NCBI GenBank assembly: GCA_039768135.1
Contig: JBDNBB010000010.1
Location: 2,342-66,341 of the forward strand
Direction of reading: 5' to 3'
DNA length: 64,000 bases
DNA from: Polaribacter sp.
Lineage (GTDB): Bacteria; Bacteroidota; Bacteroidia; Flavobacteriales; Flavobacteriaceae
Shown: one piece after another, positions 26,534-36,700 of the stretch
Layout: each line of letters begins with the position of its first letter
How positions within the stretch are numbered: position 1 is the first letter of the stretch
Program-made: the position numbers and the translations under genes
Notes under the pieces: model-generated
What the model saw: only the letters and a program-made list of their open reading frames with translations
Told to the model about the DNA's origin: nothing
Database searches by the model: none

Positions 26534-27205
26534 ATGAAGTTTTTTACTAAAAAAAGAGTTGTTTTATTCCTATTATTTATTTTTCCTTTACTATTGTTTT
26601 TAGTTTTATCTACAGGAACGAATAACTTTACAAAGCTGCCTATCTTAACTAAAAACATTGTAGATATTTCTGAGATAGATAACACTAAGCAAATTACTTT
26701 TAAAGACCACATTTCTATTATTTGTTTCTTAGGAACTGAGAGCACAAAAATGCAACCTGGTGTTTTAGCTCTAAATGAAAAAATTTATAAAACATTTTTA
26801 GATTATAAACAATTTCAAATTATTGCAGTATACCCTGAAGGACAAAACAATAATGTAAAACAATTAAAAGAAAAACTATCTAGCTTTACTGATATGAAGA
26901 ATTGGATTTTTATAGAAAGTTCAAAAGCTGAAATAGATGGTTTTTATGATGCCCTAGCAACTAATAAGTCTCTAAATAATTTAGCTTCTAATTATGTATA
27001 CCTAATTGATAGAGAAGGTAGTTTAAGAGGTAGAATCCAAGATGAAGATAGCGAAGACGGTAAAATGTATGGTTACAATATAAATTCAGTTTCTGTTTTA
27101 AAAAGTAAACTGAAAGATGATATTAAAGTTTTGTATTACGAATACTACGCAGCATTTAAAGAAAAAAATAAAAATAAAGCAAGCAGAAAAGAAATAGGTT
27201 TATGA
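26534..27205 (+). CDS. SCO-like thioredoxin-fold membrane protein lacking CxxxC
   Basis: N-terminal TM helix; VYLIDREGSLRG resembles the SCO C-terminus; adjacent to SCO. Confidence 0.6.
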   Translation: MKFFTKKRVVLFLLFIFPLLLFLVLSTGTNNFTKLPILTKNIVDISEIDNTKQITFKDHISIICFLGTESTKMQPGVLALNEKIYKTFLDYKQFQIIAVYPEGQNNNVKQLKEKLSSFTDMKNWIFIESSKAEIDGFYDALATNKSLNNLASNYVYLIDREGSLRGRIQDEDSEDGKMYGYNINSVSVLKSKLKDDIKVLYYEYYAAFKEKNKNKASRKEIGL

Positions 27206-27846
27206 AAAAAAAGTATTCTTATGTAGGTATTGCTTTTGTTATTTTATTATTTGGAATCTACGCAATTCCTAAAATAGTAAACAGATTTGATGATTCTGGT
27301 TTACTAAAGTTTGGTAAAGTACCTAATTTTGAATTTATAGATCAAGAAGGTAAAACCATAACCAACGCTTCTTATGAAGATAAAGTCTATGTGGTTGAGT
27401 TTTTCTTTTCAACTTGCCCAAGTATTTGCCCAATTATGAATCAAAAAATGGTAGTATTACAAAATGCTTTTTTTGGGAATCCAAATTTTGGTATTGCATC
27501 AATATCTATAACCCCAGACATTGATACTCCAGCTGTTTTAAAAGAATATGCAAAGAATAACGGTATTACCCATAAAAACTGGCATTTATTAACGGGAAAG
27601 TCTCAAGATGTCGTTTACGAACTATCTACTAAAGGATTTAAATTGTATGTTGGTAAAGGAGAGGAATCTCATGGTGGTTTTGAGCATTCAGGTTTATTTG
27701 CTCTTGTAGATAAGAATGGCTTTATAAGATCTAGAAAAGATGATCTAGGAAATCCCTTAATGTATTATAGTGCTTTGGGAGATAAAGATTTTCCTGACCA
27801 AATGAAAGAATTAAAAGAAGATATTAAATTACTATTGAATGAATAA
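27202..27846 (+). CDS. SCO1/SenC copper chaperone
   Basis: FFFSTCPSICP and HSGLFALVD motifs. Confidence 0.93.
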   Translation: MKKKYSYVGIAFVILLFGIYAIPKIVNRFDDSGLLKFGKVPNFEFIDQEGKTITNASYEDKVYVVEFFFSTCPSICPIMNQKMVVLQNAFFGNPNFGIASISITPDIDTPAVLKEYAKNNGITHKNWHLLTGKSQDVVYELSTKGFKLYVGKGEESHGGFEHSGLFALVDKNGFIRSRKDDLGNPLMYYSALGDKDFPDQMKELKEDIKLLLNE

Positions 27847-28378
27847 TATAGCCCAAGAAAAAAAATACAAAAAAATTATTACTGTTTTAACTATTATTAT
27901 CCCAGTAGCAGTGGCTGCTTTATTTGGAATCAACTTAAGAGAATTAGGTTTTGATGTTGAACCTTTGACTTTTTTACCGCCAATTTATGCTTTTATTAAT
28001 GGCTTAACAGCAGTGGTTCTAATAGTAGCAGTAATAGCTATTAAGAAAGGAAATAAAAAATTACATGAGCAATTAAATACAACTGCAATCGCACTGTCTT
28101 TAGCTTTTTTAGTAATGTATATTGCATATCACATGACTTCAGATTCAACTGTTTTTGGAGGTGAAGGGCTTATAGCTTATATATACTATTTTATTCTAGT
28201 AACCCATATTGTATTATCAATAATCGTAATCCCTTTTGTATTGTTAACCTATATGAAAGCAAAACTTGGTCTTTTTAAAGATCACAAAAAAATAGCTAAA
28301 AAAACTTTTCCAATTTGGTTATATGTAGCCGTTACTGGTGTTATTGTTTATGTTATGATTTCTCCTTACTATGTTTAA
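27839..28378 (+). CDS. DUF420 (CtaM-like) membrane protein
   Basis: FLVMYIAYH, HKKIA and PIWLYVAVTG motifs. Confidence 0.88.
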   Translation: MNNIAQEKKYKKIITVLTIIIPVAVAALFGINLRELGFDVEPLTFLPPIYAFINGLTAVVLIVAVIAIKKGNKKLHEQLNTTAIALSLAFLVMYIAYHMTSDSTVFGGEGLIAYIYYFILVTHIVLSIIVIPFVLLTYMKAKLGLFKDHKKIAKKTFPIWLYVAVTGVIVYVMISPYYV

Positions 28379-28592
28379 AGTTAGACGATTACTAGCATTC
28401 CTATTTCTTATAGGAATGCCTAAGATTGGCTTTTCTCAGTGTGCTATGTGTAAAGCAGTCGTAGAAACTGGAGATATTGCTATGGCAGAGGGTGTCAATA
28501 ACGGAATTACTTATTTAATGGTTTTTCCATATTTATTAATTGGTGTATTATTCTTTACTTTATACAGGTATAGACAGAGAATTAAAAATTAA
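28371..28592 (+). CDS. Small membrane protein with QCAMC motif
   Basis: Signal peptide, CAMCKA and one C-terminal TM helix; overlaps the DUF420 stop. Confidence 0.7.
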   Translation: MFKVRRLLAFLFLIGMPKIGFSQCAMCKAVVETGDIAMAEGVNNGITYLMVFPYLLIGVLFFTLYRYRQRIKN

Positions 28593-28614
28593 CATTTCAA
28601 TAAGAGTAAAATAA

Positions 28615-28641
28615 TGTAACAAATTTTACTTTTAAACGTCT
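28615..28641 (+). promoter_or_regulatory. ECF-sigma-like promoter TGTAAC-N16-CGTCT
   Basis: Upstream of the TolC-family gene. Confidence 0.6.
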
Positions 28642-28716
28642 TACTAATAAATTGAAACAAAAACATTTCTATTTGTTAATTAGAATCTGTTAATCAACCA
28701 AAAAAATATTTAAGTT

Positions 28717-30048
28717 TTGAGAAATCAATCTATAGTGCTGCTAGTTTTATTTATGTCTATTGCAACTTTTTCGCAAAAACAATGGACTTTAAAAGAATGT
28801 GTAGATGAGGCTTTAAGTAAAAACATTTCAATACAACAAAATAAATTAAATCTTGCTTCATCAGAAATTGACGTAGCTATTGCAAAAGGTAACTTTCTAC
28901 CCAATTTATCAGGAAATACAGGAGGTAATTTAAATTTTGGTACTGGATTTGATCCTGTATCTCAAGATAGGGTGAATACCAGCTTCTTTGGAGGGTCTAT
29001 AAATTTAAACTCAGGTATTACCGTTTTTAATGGTTTTAGAAATACCAATATCTATAAGCAAGCACAATTAGGTGTAAAATCTAGTCAATTAGATCTAAAG
29101 AAAATCGAAAATGATATCTCTTTATTTGTAGTTAATGGTTATTTAAACGTGCTTTTTGCAAAAGAAAATTTAAATGCTGCTAGAGTGCAATATCAGATTA
29201 GTGAAAATCAAATTGTAGCGGCACAAAGTAGGTTTAAATCTGGAGTAATACCTAAAGGAGATCTTCTAAATACAGAGTCTACTGCAGCTTCAAATCTACA
29301 AACTGTAATTACACAAGAGAATGCCTTAGATTTGGCGCTGTTAAATTTAGCTCAACTTATACAAGTACCTGCTGACGGATTTGATGTGGCTCCCGTAGAT
29401 GTTGGTTCTCCTTCAGAAAACCTGTTTTACACAGATTCTAATAATATTTATGAAAAATCTTTAGAAAACCTTCCTGAAATAGAAAGAGCTAAACTTGCAA
29501 TTGAAAATGCGAATTTGGGTATAGAAATTTCAAAAGCAGATTTTTTACCTTCTATAACAGCTTCTGCTGGTCTTTCTACCAATTATGGATACAATTTAAA
29601 TTTACCTCCAGGATTTAGTAATACAGAATTTTTTGATCAAGTGAATGATAACTTAGGATATGGTTTTGGATTTAATATACGTATTCCAATTTTTAATCGT
29701 TTCCAAACAAAAAATAGAGTTTCACAAGCTTTCATTAGTAAAAGTATATTTGAAACTCGATTAGAGAGTGAAAAATTAAATTTAAAACAAACCATCGAGC
29801 AGTCTTTTTTAGATGTTAAAACAGCTCTTAAAAGTTATGAAGCTGCAAAAATATCTCTAGAGGCTCAGCAGGAATCTTTCAAAAATGCACAAGAGCGTTA
29901 TAATTTTGGTGCGATGACACAATTTGATTTTGATCAAGTAAGAACCCGTTTGGTAAATGCGCAAGCTACTTTAATAAGATCTAAATACGATTATGTATTT
30001 AAAACAAAAGTACTTCAGTTTTATGCAGGTGACTTAATTTTAGAATAA
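28717..30048 (+). CDS. TolC family outer membrane efflux protein
   Basis: WTLKECVDEAL; two OEP repeats (FLPNL/FLPSI, IPIFN); TTG start. Confidence 0.92.
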   Translation: MRNQSIVLLVLFMSIATFSQKQWTLKECVDEALSKNISIQQNKLNLASSEIDVAIAKGNFLPNLSGNTGGNLNFGTGFDPVSQDRVNTSFFGGSINLNSGITVFNGFRNTNIYKQAQLGVKSSQLDLKKIENDISLFVVNGYLNVLFAKENLNAARVQYQISENQIVAAQSRFKSGVIPKGDLLNTESTAASNLQTVITQENALDLALLNLAQLIQVPADGFDVAPVDVGSPSENLFYTDSNNIYEKSLENLPEIERAKLAIENANLGIEISKADFLPSITASAGLSTNYGYNLNLPPGFSNTEFFDQVNDNLGYGFGFNIRIPIFNRFQTKNRVSQAFISKSIFETRLESEKLNLKQTIEQSFLDVKTALKSYEAAKISLEAQQESFKNAQERYNFGAMTQFDFDQVRTRLVNAQATLIRSKYDYVFKTKVLQFYAGDLILE

Positions 30049-30072
30049 ATATTAGTTTACATATATAAATTT

Positions 30073-30100
30073 AAGCCTCACTTTTAGTGAGGTTTTTTTT
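30073..30100 (+). terminator. Intrinsic terminator
   Basis: GCCTCACT-ttt-AGTGAGGT plus T run. Confidence 0.75.
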
Positions 30101-30126
30101 ATAAGTATCTTTGAAAAAAAATAGAT

Positions 30127-30813
30127 TTGAGCATTATTTTAAATATAGAAACAGCTACAAAAAATTGTTCGGTAAGTATAGCTTGTAAAGGCAAAGTAAT
30201 TGCAGTAAAAGAATTAAATAATGGGAATTATTCTCATGCAGAAGTCTTACATCCCTTTATAGAGAACGTATTAAAAGAGAGCCAACTTACATTTAAAAAT
30301 ATTGACGCTGTAGCTGTTAGTAAAGGCCCTGGATCCTACACCGGTCTTAGAATTGGAGTTTCTGCAGCAAAAGGACTTTGCTTTGCAAATAATATTCCAT
30401 TAATTTCCATAGATACATTACAATCTTTGGCCAATGCTATATCAATCTCAGAGGGGTGCATTATACCGATGATAGATGCTAGAAGGATGGAAGTGTATGC
30501 AGATGTATTTAATGCTCAACATCAATCTTTACGAGGAATTAAAGCAGAAATTATAGCTGAGGATTCTTATCTAACTTATTTAAATAAAGGAATAGTTACT
30601 TTTTTAGGAGATGGTGCTTTAAAATGTAAAGCAGTAATAAAACATAAAAACGCACACTTTATAGAAGGCAAATTTCCATCTTCAGAACAAATGGCTATTT
30701 TATCATATGAAAAATATACAAATAAAACTTTTGAAGATGTTGCATATTTTGAGCCTTTTTATTTGAAGGACTTTATAGCAGTTCCTCAAAAAAAACGTAA
30801 ACCACTTTTTTAG
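30127..30813 (+). CDS. tsaB: tRNA threonylcarbamoyladenosine biosynthesis protein TsaB
   Basis: ILNIETAT, GPGSYTGLRIG and IDARRMEVY motifs. Confidence 0.96.
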   Translation: MSIILNIETATKNCSVSIACKGKVIAVKELNNGNYSHAEVLHPFIENVLKESQLTFKNIDAVAVSKGPGSYTGLRIGVSAAKGLCFANNIPLISIDTLQSLANAISISEGCIIPMIDARRMEVYADVFNAQHQSLRGIKAEIIAEDSYLTYLNKGIVTFLGDGALKCKAVIKHKNAHFIEGKFPSSEQMAILSYEKYTNKTFEDVAYFEPFYLKDFIAVPQKKRKPLF

Positions 30814-30947
30814 TCCCTCTATAAATTTGATTTTTTTAAAAAAGTAAGGGGCTAAATAATTATACTCCCTTTATTATTACTTCTAAGGTTAATAATATGT
30901 TTTTTTAAAACATTGATTAACAGCAATATCTTATAAGTATATTCCCC

Positions 30948-30980
30948 AATGTTAAATTAATGTTATGTAAATGTTGATTA
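30948..30980 (+). promoter_or_regulatory. Three AATGTT direct repeats at 11-bp period (possible response-regulator box)
   Basis: AATGTTAAATT AATGTTATGTA AATGTTGATTA upstream of the TATATTTG -7 box. Confidence 0.5.
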
Positions 30981-31036
30981 ATTGTGATATATATCATATA
31001 TTTGTAAAGGAAATGTAAACCTTAAAATATAAGATT

Positions 31037-31390
31037 ATGAAAAAATTTTTAGCAATTATGATATTTAGTCTTACAGTGGCTGGATATGCTCAAGAACAAA
31101 AACCGACTTTTAAGGCCCAAGGAGATTTAGTGAAAGCAACTTACTATTATGAAGATGGCTCTATAAAAACCCAAGGTTTTTTTAAAGATAAAAAATTAAC
31201 AGGAGAATGGGTTCGTTTTGATAATAATGGAAACAAAGTACAATTAGCGTATTATAATAACGGTAAAAAAATAGGTAAGTGGTTTGTATGGACAGCGGAT
31301 TCTTTAAAAGAAATTAATTACGAAAGTAATACAATTGCTTCAGTGAATGTATGGAAGCCTGACTCTAAAATAGCTGTAAATAACGATTAA
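31037..31390 (+). CDS. Secreted MORN-variant/YwqK-like repeat protein
   Basis: Signal peptide; YYEDG...G.F...K.TGEW..F..NG repeats. Confidence 0.75.
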   Translation: MKKFLAIMIFSLTVAGYAQEQKPTFKAQGDLVKATYYYEDGSIKTQGFFKDKKLTGEWVRFDNNGNKVQLAYYNNGKKIGKWFVWTADSLKEINYESNTIASVNVWKPDSKIAVNND

Positions 31391-31415
31391 TAATATTGTT
31401 TATACTATTTTAACA

Positions 31416-31453
31416 AAGCTCAATAAAATTTCGTTTTTATTGAGCTTTTTTTT
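31416..31453. terminator. Intrinsic terminator
   Basis: AAAGCTCAATAAAA...TTTTATTGAGCTTT plus T run. Confidence 0.8.
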
Positions 31454-31500
31454 GTTGCTAGTATTTCTGTAACCCTTTATAGTTTGGCAGTAATTTATGC

Positions 31501-32136
31501 TTATTTAATATAGTTACTTAACAATATTCTTTTCTTTGGTGGAATAGCTTTACTTTTTACAGCGATTTTTAATAAATCTTGATCTTTGTTTTTATTAAAA
31601 ACCACCTGAAATAGCTCGTAAACAGTTAAACTATTTTTAGGTTTTTCTATAAGTAAAAATTCATCATTTACATTTACATAGCCTTCTTGTAGAACACTTA
31701 CATACGTGCCTCCATAACCATGTGTTATAAATTGCTTTAATACTTTTTGAGTACCAAATTTATACCCAAACTTATAGCAAGGTTCTCTATATTGAGAAAT
31801 TTGTACAACTGCTTCACCAACTTTATAAACAGCTCCTAAATAAATTTGCTTTTCATCAAAGTTCATCACAGTTAAATTTTCACCAAACATGCCCCAAGTC
31901 CAATCTAAATTTGGATATAATTTTTTCCAATAGGGGTATTGCTCTGCAGAAAACAGATAACATGCCTTATAATAACCCCCATGATTTAATCGATTAGAAA
32001 CTTCATCTTTAAGTACGTCATTCTTAGTAAGGAAAATTGGCTCGGTTACAGGTTTTTTGAATATACCAGTAATCTCAGTTTTACCTTGCCAAATAAACTC
32101 AGTAGGTTGTCCAATATTGGTTGAAATTATTTTCAT
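31501..32136 (-). CDS. MOSC domain protein (YiiM-like)
   Basis: TGIFKKP, HGG, FGENLT and QYREPCYK motifs. Confidence 0.9.
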   Translation of the reverse strand: MKIISTNIGQPTEFIWQGKTEITGIFKKPVTEPIFLTKNDVLKDEVSNRLNHGGYYKACYLFSAEQYPYWKKLYPNLDWTWGMFGENLTVMNFDEKQIYLGAVYKVGEAVVQISQYREPCYKFGYKFGTQKVLKQFITHGYGGTYVSVLQEGYVNVNDEFLLIEKPKNSLTVYELFQVVFNKNKDQDLLKIAVKSKAIPPKKRILLSNYIK

Positions 32137-32191
32137 TTTTTTTTGTCCTTAAGATGATTTCTACTACTCATATGAATTTAAATGTAAAAAA

Positions 32192-32220
32192 AAAACGTTT
32201 AGAAAAGTTCTAAACGTTTT
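32192..32220 (-). terminator. Intrinsic terminator after tonB
   Basis: AAAACGTTTAGAA-aag-TTCTAAACGTTTT with an A run on the left. Confidence 0.75.
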
Positions 32221-32243
32221 AATTATGTTGTGTTAAGTATTTT

Positions 32244-32963
32244 TTATTCTACAATTAAAGAAAAAGGAATACTATATTTTACACCTACAGGTTTACCTCT
32301 CTGTCTACCTGGCTTCATTTTAGGTAATTTGTTCATTACACTAATAACTTCGCTTTCAATTTTTGGATGAGGTCCTCTTGCTTGTACATTTACAATATTA
32401 CCTTGTTTATCAATTTTAAAACCAATAAAAACCCTTTTTTTACCAGGTGATAAACCTAATTCATTTGGTAATTCAGCATCAAACTTTCTTGAGAAATGTT
32501 TTTGTACCATTTTACTGAAACAGTTTTTAAGCTCAACTTTATTACCTTTACATCCAGGAAAAACAGGAACATCTTCAATAATCATGAAACTTACATCTTC
32601 AACTACTTCTTCTGCTTCTTCGATTTCTACAATCTCTTCAACAACAATAGCATCATCTTCATCAGTTTCTGTAGATTCTATTACAGTTTCTTCAACTTCT
32701 TTTTCGTCTTCTACAACTTCAATCTTTTCTGGAGTTGGTGGTGGTGGTGTTTTAGGTTTAACTGGCTCTATTCTTTCTGTAATTGGAATTTCCTCTTCCA
32801 TTTCAGCATTCATATTTACGACAGCTAAATCACCATACGTTTTATCATAGGTTTTCTGTTCTATTGCTGCATATGTTACGAATAAAGCTAACACTAACCC
32901 TATTTGCATGAAAATTTTGCTAAAATTTTCTAAATTCGATTTTGGATTTTTCTTAATTTGCAT
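32244..32963 (-). CDS. tonB: Energy transducer TonB
   Basis: N-terminal TM helix, Pro/Glu-rich linker and C-terminal PGRQRGKPVGVKYSIP. Confidence 0.9.
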   Translation of the reverse strand: MQIKKNPKSNLENFSKIFMQIGLVLALFVTYAAIEQKTYDKTYGDLAVVNMNAEMEEEIPITERIEPVKPKTPPPPTPEKIEVVEDEKEVEETVIESTETDEDDAIVVEEIVEIEEAEEVVEDVSFMIIEDVPVFPGCKGNKVELKNCFSKMVQKHFSRKFDAELPNELGLSPGKKRVFIGFKIDKQGNIVNVQARGPHPKIESEVISVMNKLPKMKPGRQRGKPVGVKYSIPFSLIVE

Positions 32964-33021
32964 TGAAAAGCGTTTTTAATAGATTGCTAATTTAAATAAA
33001 AATTTGTTTTATAAACAACTC

Positions 33022-33405
33022 TCAGTTTAATTTATATGCTTTTTTTTTTAAAACCAGATTAAAAAAGAGTAGCGCTAATAAAACCCCTACTGAGTTTGCT
33101 ATAATATCTAACGAATCGCCTGTCCTATGATTCGTAAATTTACTTTGAATAACTTCAATTATTATGCCAAAAAAAATACAAGCAAATACAATAATTATTT
33201 TAGTATTCTTTTCTTTATAAAAACTTATCAGCCAGGCTAAAGCTAACGAAAAGTAAGCAGTTGAATGGTAAACTTTATCAATATTCTTTATACCTATGTT
33301 ATTACTAGGTAGTTTAAATAAACTTAAACAAATAATTGCAATAGTTATGGTTATTGCTATGTAAATAAATTTATCCAGCAATAAGACTTTTATACGCTTC
33401 AGCAT
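33022..33405 (-). CDS. VanZ-like family membrane protein
   Basis: DKVYH, IEVIQ and DIIANSVG motifs. Confidence 0.85.
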   Translation of the reverse strand: MLKRIKVLLLDKFIYIAITITIAIICLSLFKLPSNNIGIKNIDKVYHSTAYFSLALAWLISFYKEKNTKIIIVFACIFFGIIIEVIQSKFTNHRTGDSLDIIANSVGVLLALLFFNLVLKKKAYKLN

Positions 33406-33751
33406 CTAGTAAGCCTTCTAATTGAGATTCGTCAGAAATTTCTAATTTAATCATCCATCCTTTTTCATAAGGATCTGAATTCACTAATTCAGGATCATCT
33501 TCTAAAGCATCATTCAATTCAATAACTTCTCCTGTTAATGGCATAAATAAGTCAGATACTGTTTTTACAGCTTCAACAGAGCCAAAAACATCTCCTTCTT
33601 CTACAGTATCATCTAGTGTATCTACATCTACATAAACTATATCTCCTAATTCTCCTTGTGCAAAATCTGTAATTCCTACAGTAGCAATGTTGCCATCAAT
33701 CTTAACCCATTCGTGGTCTTTTGTGTACTTTAAACTCGCTGGAATGTTCAT
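33371..33751 (-). CDS. gcvH: Glycine cleavage system H protein
   Basis: YTKDHEW, GITDFAQ and EAVKTVSD (lipoyl-Lys) motifs. Confidence 0.97.
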   Translation of the reverse strand: MNIPASLKYTKDHEWVKIDGNIATVGITDFAQGELGDIVYVDVDTLDDTVEEGDVFGSVEAVKTVSDLFMPLTGEVIELNDALEDDPELVNSDPYEKGWMIKLEISDESQLEGLLDAEAYKSLIAG

Positions 33752-33774
33752 TTTATTTTAATTTTATAAGTTGT

Positions 33775-36700
33775 TTAATTACCGCCTAAATTATAGATAA
33801 TATTGATTCCACCGTTAATGGCTTGTCTTGGAAAAGTTGTAGATATTGCATATTTAGATGTTTGATGATTGTAATAAAAAGATGCTGTTAAACTACTACT
33901 TAATCTATAATCTGCTACAAATTTAATAGAAAATAATCGTTGTCCACCACTAATTTGATTATTATCTTCATCTATATACCTAATTTGTGTTAAGTTATCT
34001 CTTAAAGAGATGTCTGCTCTTAGGTTTATGTCTCCTTTTAAAGTTGTCTTCTTACCTGTAAAACGGGTGTTCATCTTTACATCTTTAAACACATACCCTA
34101 CACCAAATATATATTCTGTACCAGCAATATCTGTTAATGTGCTGTTATTGAAGTTCATAGTTAATGTTCTGTCTCTTTTTACCTCTCCTCTAACAGAAAA
34201 TGAATTTTTCATCTTCATATCTAATTTTATTAATGGAGAAAACTCATCCACTAGTGTAGCAGCACCTACTAATCTTTCGGCTTCAAAATTACCTGCAGCA
34301 TTTACATTGGTAAATTTTGTTGCATCTTTATATTTTAAATTGTTGGTAAAACTAGATAGTGTATAAGAAGATCTGTATCCATGTGAAATTATAAACGTAG
34401 AGAAGTTTTTCTTAAACCATTTTAATTTCATTAAACCATTGTAACGTAATGTCCAATTAGGAATTGGTATATTTCTAAATAAACCTGTTGCTATGGTATT
34501 TGGATTCTTACCAGAGTAGGCTGCTAAAAATGCGGGTAGTAAAACTTGTTGACTATTTTCTCCAAAACCATCAGGGTTTGCATTTGGGTTCTCACTAACA
34601 AATCGATTTTTTATTGTACTTCTGTATTCTTTCATTTTCTCAAATAATGCATCACCATTAGTAAATGCAGTACCAAACATAGAGTAACTTGTGCTAAAGT
34701 TCCCTGTTTCAAAAGCGTCAATATCAAAATCTATAAAGCCATTTTCAGATCCATCTGCGACGATATCTAACTGTTGAGAGAGGTCTGATGTTTTAATTTT
34801 ATTACCTCTAACGTCTATATTTAGATCTCTTAAAGGTTTTAACGTAAAATTATAGTCTAATTTGTTATAATGTGTTCTAGAGTATGTTTTATTGTAAAAA
34901 GCACTCTCATCTATATTCGTATTTGGATCGTCTACTAAAGCCCTTGGTGTTACTAACCAACCGTTAGTTAGGGCTTTGTTTCTAATATCTACTTGACTCC
35001 CAAAAGCAAAAGAGGTGGGTGCACCTCCTAAGAAGCCAATCTCTTGGTCATAACCTTGTAAATATTGTCCATTATTTTCAGAGTAACTAACAGTGGCTTG
35101 TTTTACAGCAGTTAGTAAGTCCCAAGAAAGTTTAAGTATTTTCTTTCCTGTTGGCAAATTCTTCTTTGGTTTTATTCTAGCATTTTTATTTTCTTTTGCT
35201 AATTTTCTTTGTTGTTTGGTTAATAATAGTTTCTCGAACCCAACATTTTTATACATTTTATCAAAAGAAAAAGTGGTATTTAGATTATGTGTATTTGCAT
35301 TTTGAATTACATTTCCTATTTGTGTTGAAATAGTTTCGTCTTGAGATTGTACTTGCCAGTCAAAATCTGCAGTGTATCCATAATCTGCTTTTATAAAACT
35401 TAAAAAAGGAAATTTATCAAAAGGTAGTTGGTATGTTCCATTTAATTTTTGATGGTATTGGTTTGCATTACCTGTATTAAAGAAGTTATCAAAAATTTGT
35501 AATTCTTCCCCACTTCCAAACGCATCATATATGTAATTGTTGGTAGCATTAAAGTTAAGATCTATTGACTTTGTTAAGTTAAACCCAATGGTATAATCCC
35601 AATCAAATAAAAACCTTCTTTGAACCAATTCTGGCTGTGCAGACAATCCTTGTACTAAGTTACGTGATTGTTGCTCATTATAACTTCTGTTAATCCTAGA
35701 ATTAAGGGCTATAATACTTGGGACTGGATTTATATTTAAGTCTTTTATAAAACGCCAGTATTTATTCTTAAACTTTTCAGAGTTTTTAAAAAGCTCTATG
35801 GGAGACGAATTGAACTTATAATTATAGGTTGCAGAGGCAGTAACATTTTCGTTAATATATTTCTCTATATTATAATCTCTATGAAATTCTTTGTTATGTG
35901 CATAAGAAACTGCAATATTTTCAATATCATAAAACCTTGGTTTTTTTGTAGAATTTGGATTTCTATTTTTCCTTACATTTATAAAACTAATACTTGTTCT
36001 CTTAGTATAATCTCTAGAAAATTCACTATTTGGATTTTGTGAAATAGCATCTTCTAATAATACATCCTGGTATTGAGGATCAAACTTAGGATCAATAAAT
36101 TTCTCTCCTACACTGTAAGTCATTGGTAGTTGAACTCCCCATTTTTCTGGTGTTATTACTTTTCCTAAATTTAAGGTTGTAGAAACATCGTACTCTTTGG
36201 TTTCATCTAAGCTTCTTTGGTTTACTCTATCCTCTACATTTCCAAACCCTATTGTTTGTATACTTCCAGAGACAGAAACATTGGCAACATCTGCAAAATT
36301 TGCATCTGCATTTAAAACTGCTGCCCAGCCAGCATCATTATCAAAACCTGCAGCTCTTAATTCATTGAACCATATTTCACCTGTTCTATTAACATTAGTT
36401 GTGTTTTTTAAACCTAACAGGATAGTTCTAATTTGTGCAGAAGTTGGGTTCCCCTTTACGCTTATCGTGTAAGGCACATCTGTAGTTTGTGTGTTAGATG
36501 TATACAGCTCGTTTATGGGAGCACCAATAGCATCTCTTTCTAATTTTACTTTTCCAAATGTTTCTAAAAGCGCATTTAAATTATTGGCTTCAGGCCAAAT
36601 ATCTAACTGACTTGTACCCCCAGAGCTTATAGTTAATGGTAATGCTACTTCATAATAGTTGTCATTTAAGTCTGTTCCTAGCCTAATAACTCCAGAAAAA

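Noticed and set aside
31037-31390. Toxin-antitoxin system (YwqK label)
   Set aside because: The protein is secreted and monocistronic, with no adjacent toxin gene
32496-32850. Ser/Thr-rich and Phe-rich + strand ORFs
   Set aside because: Antisense shadows of the low-complexity Glu/Pro linker of tonB
33022-33405. Glycopeptide resistance (VanZ)
   Set aside because: Generic VanZ-like family in a housekeeping gcvH-tonB context; no van cluster
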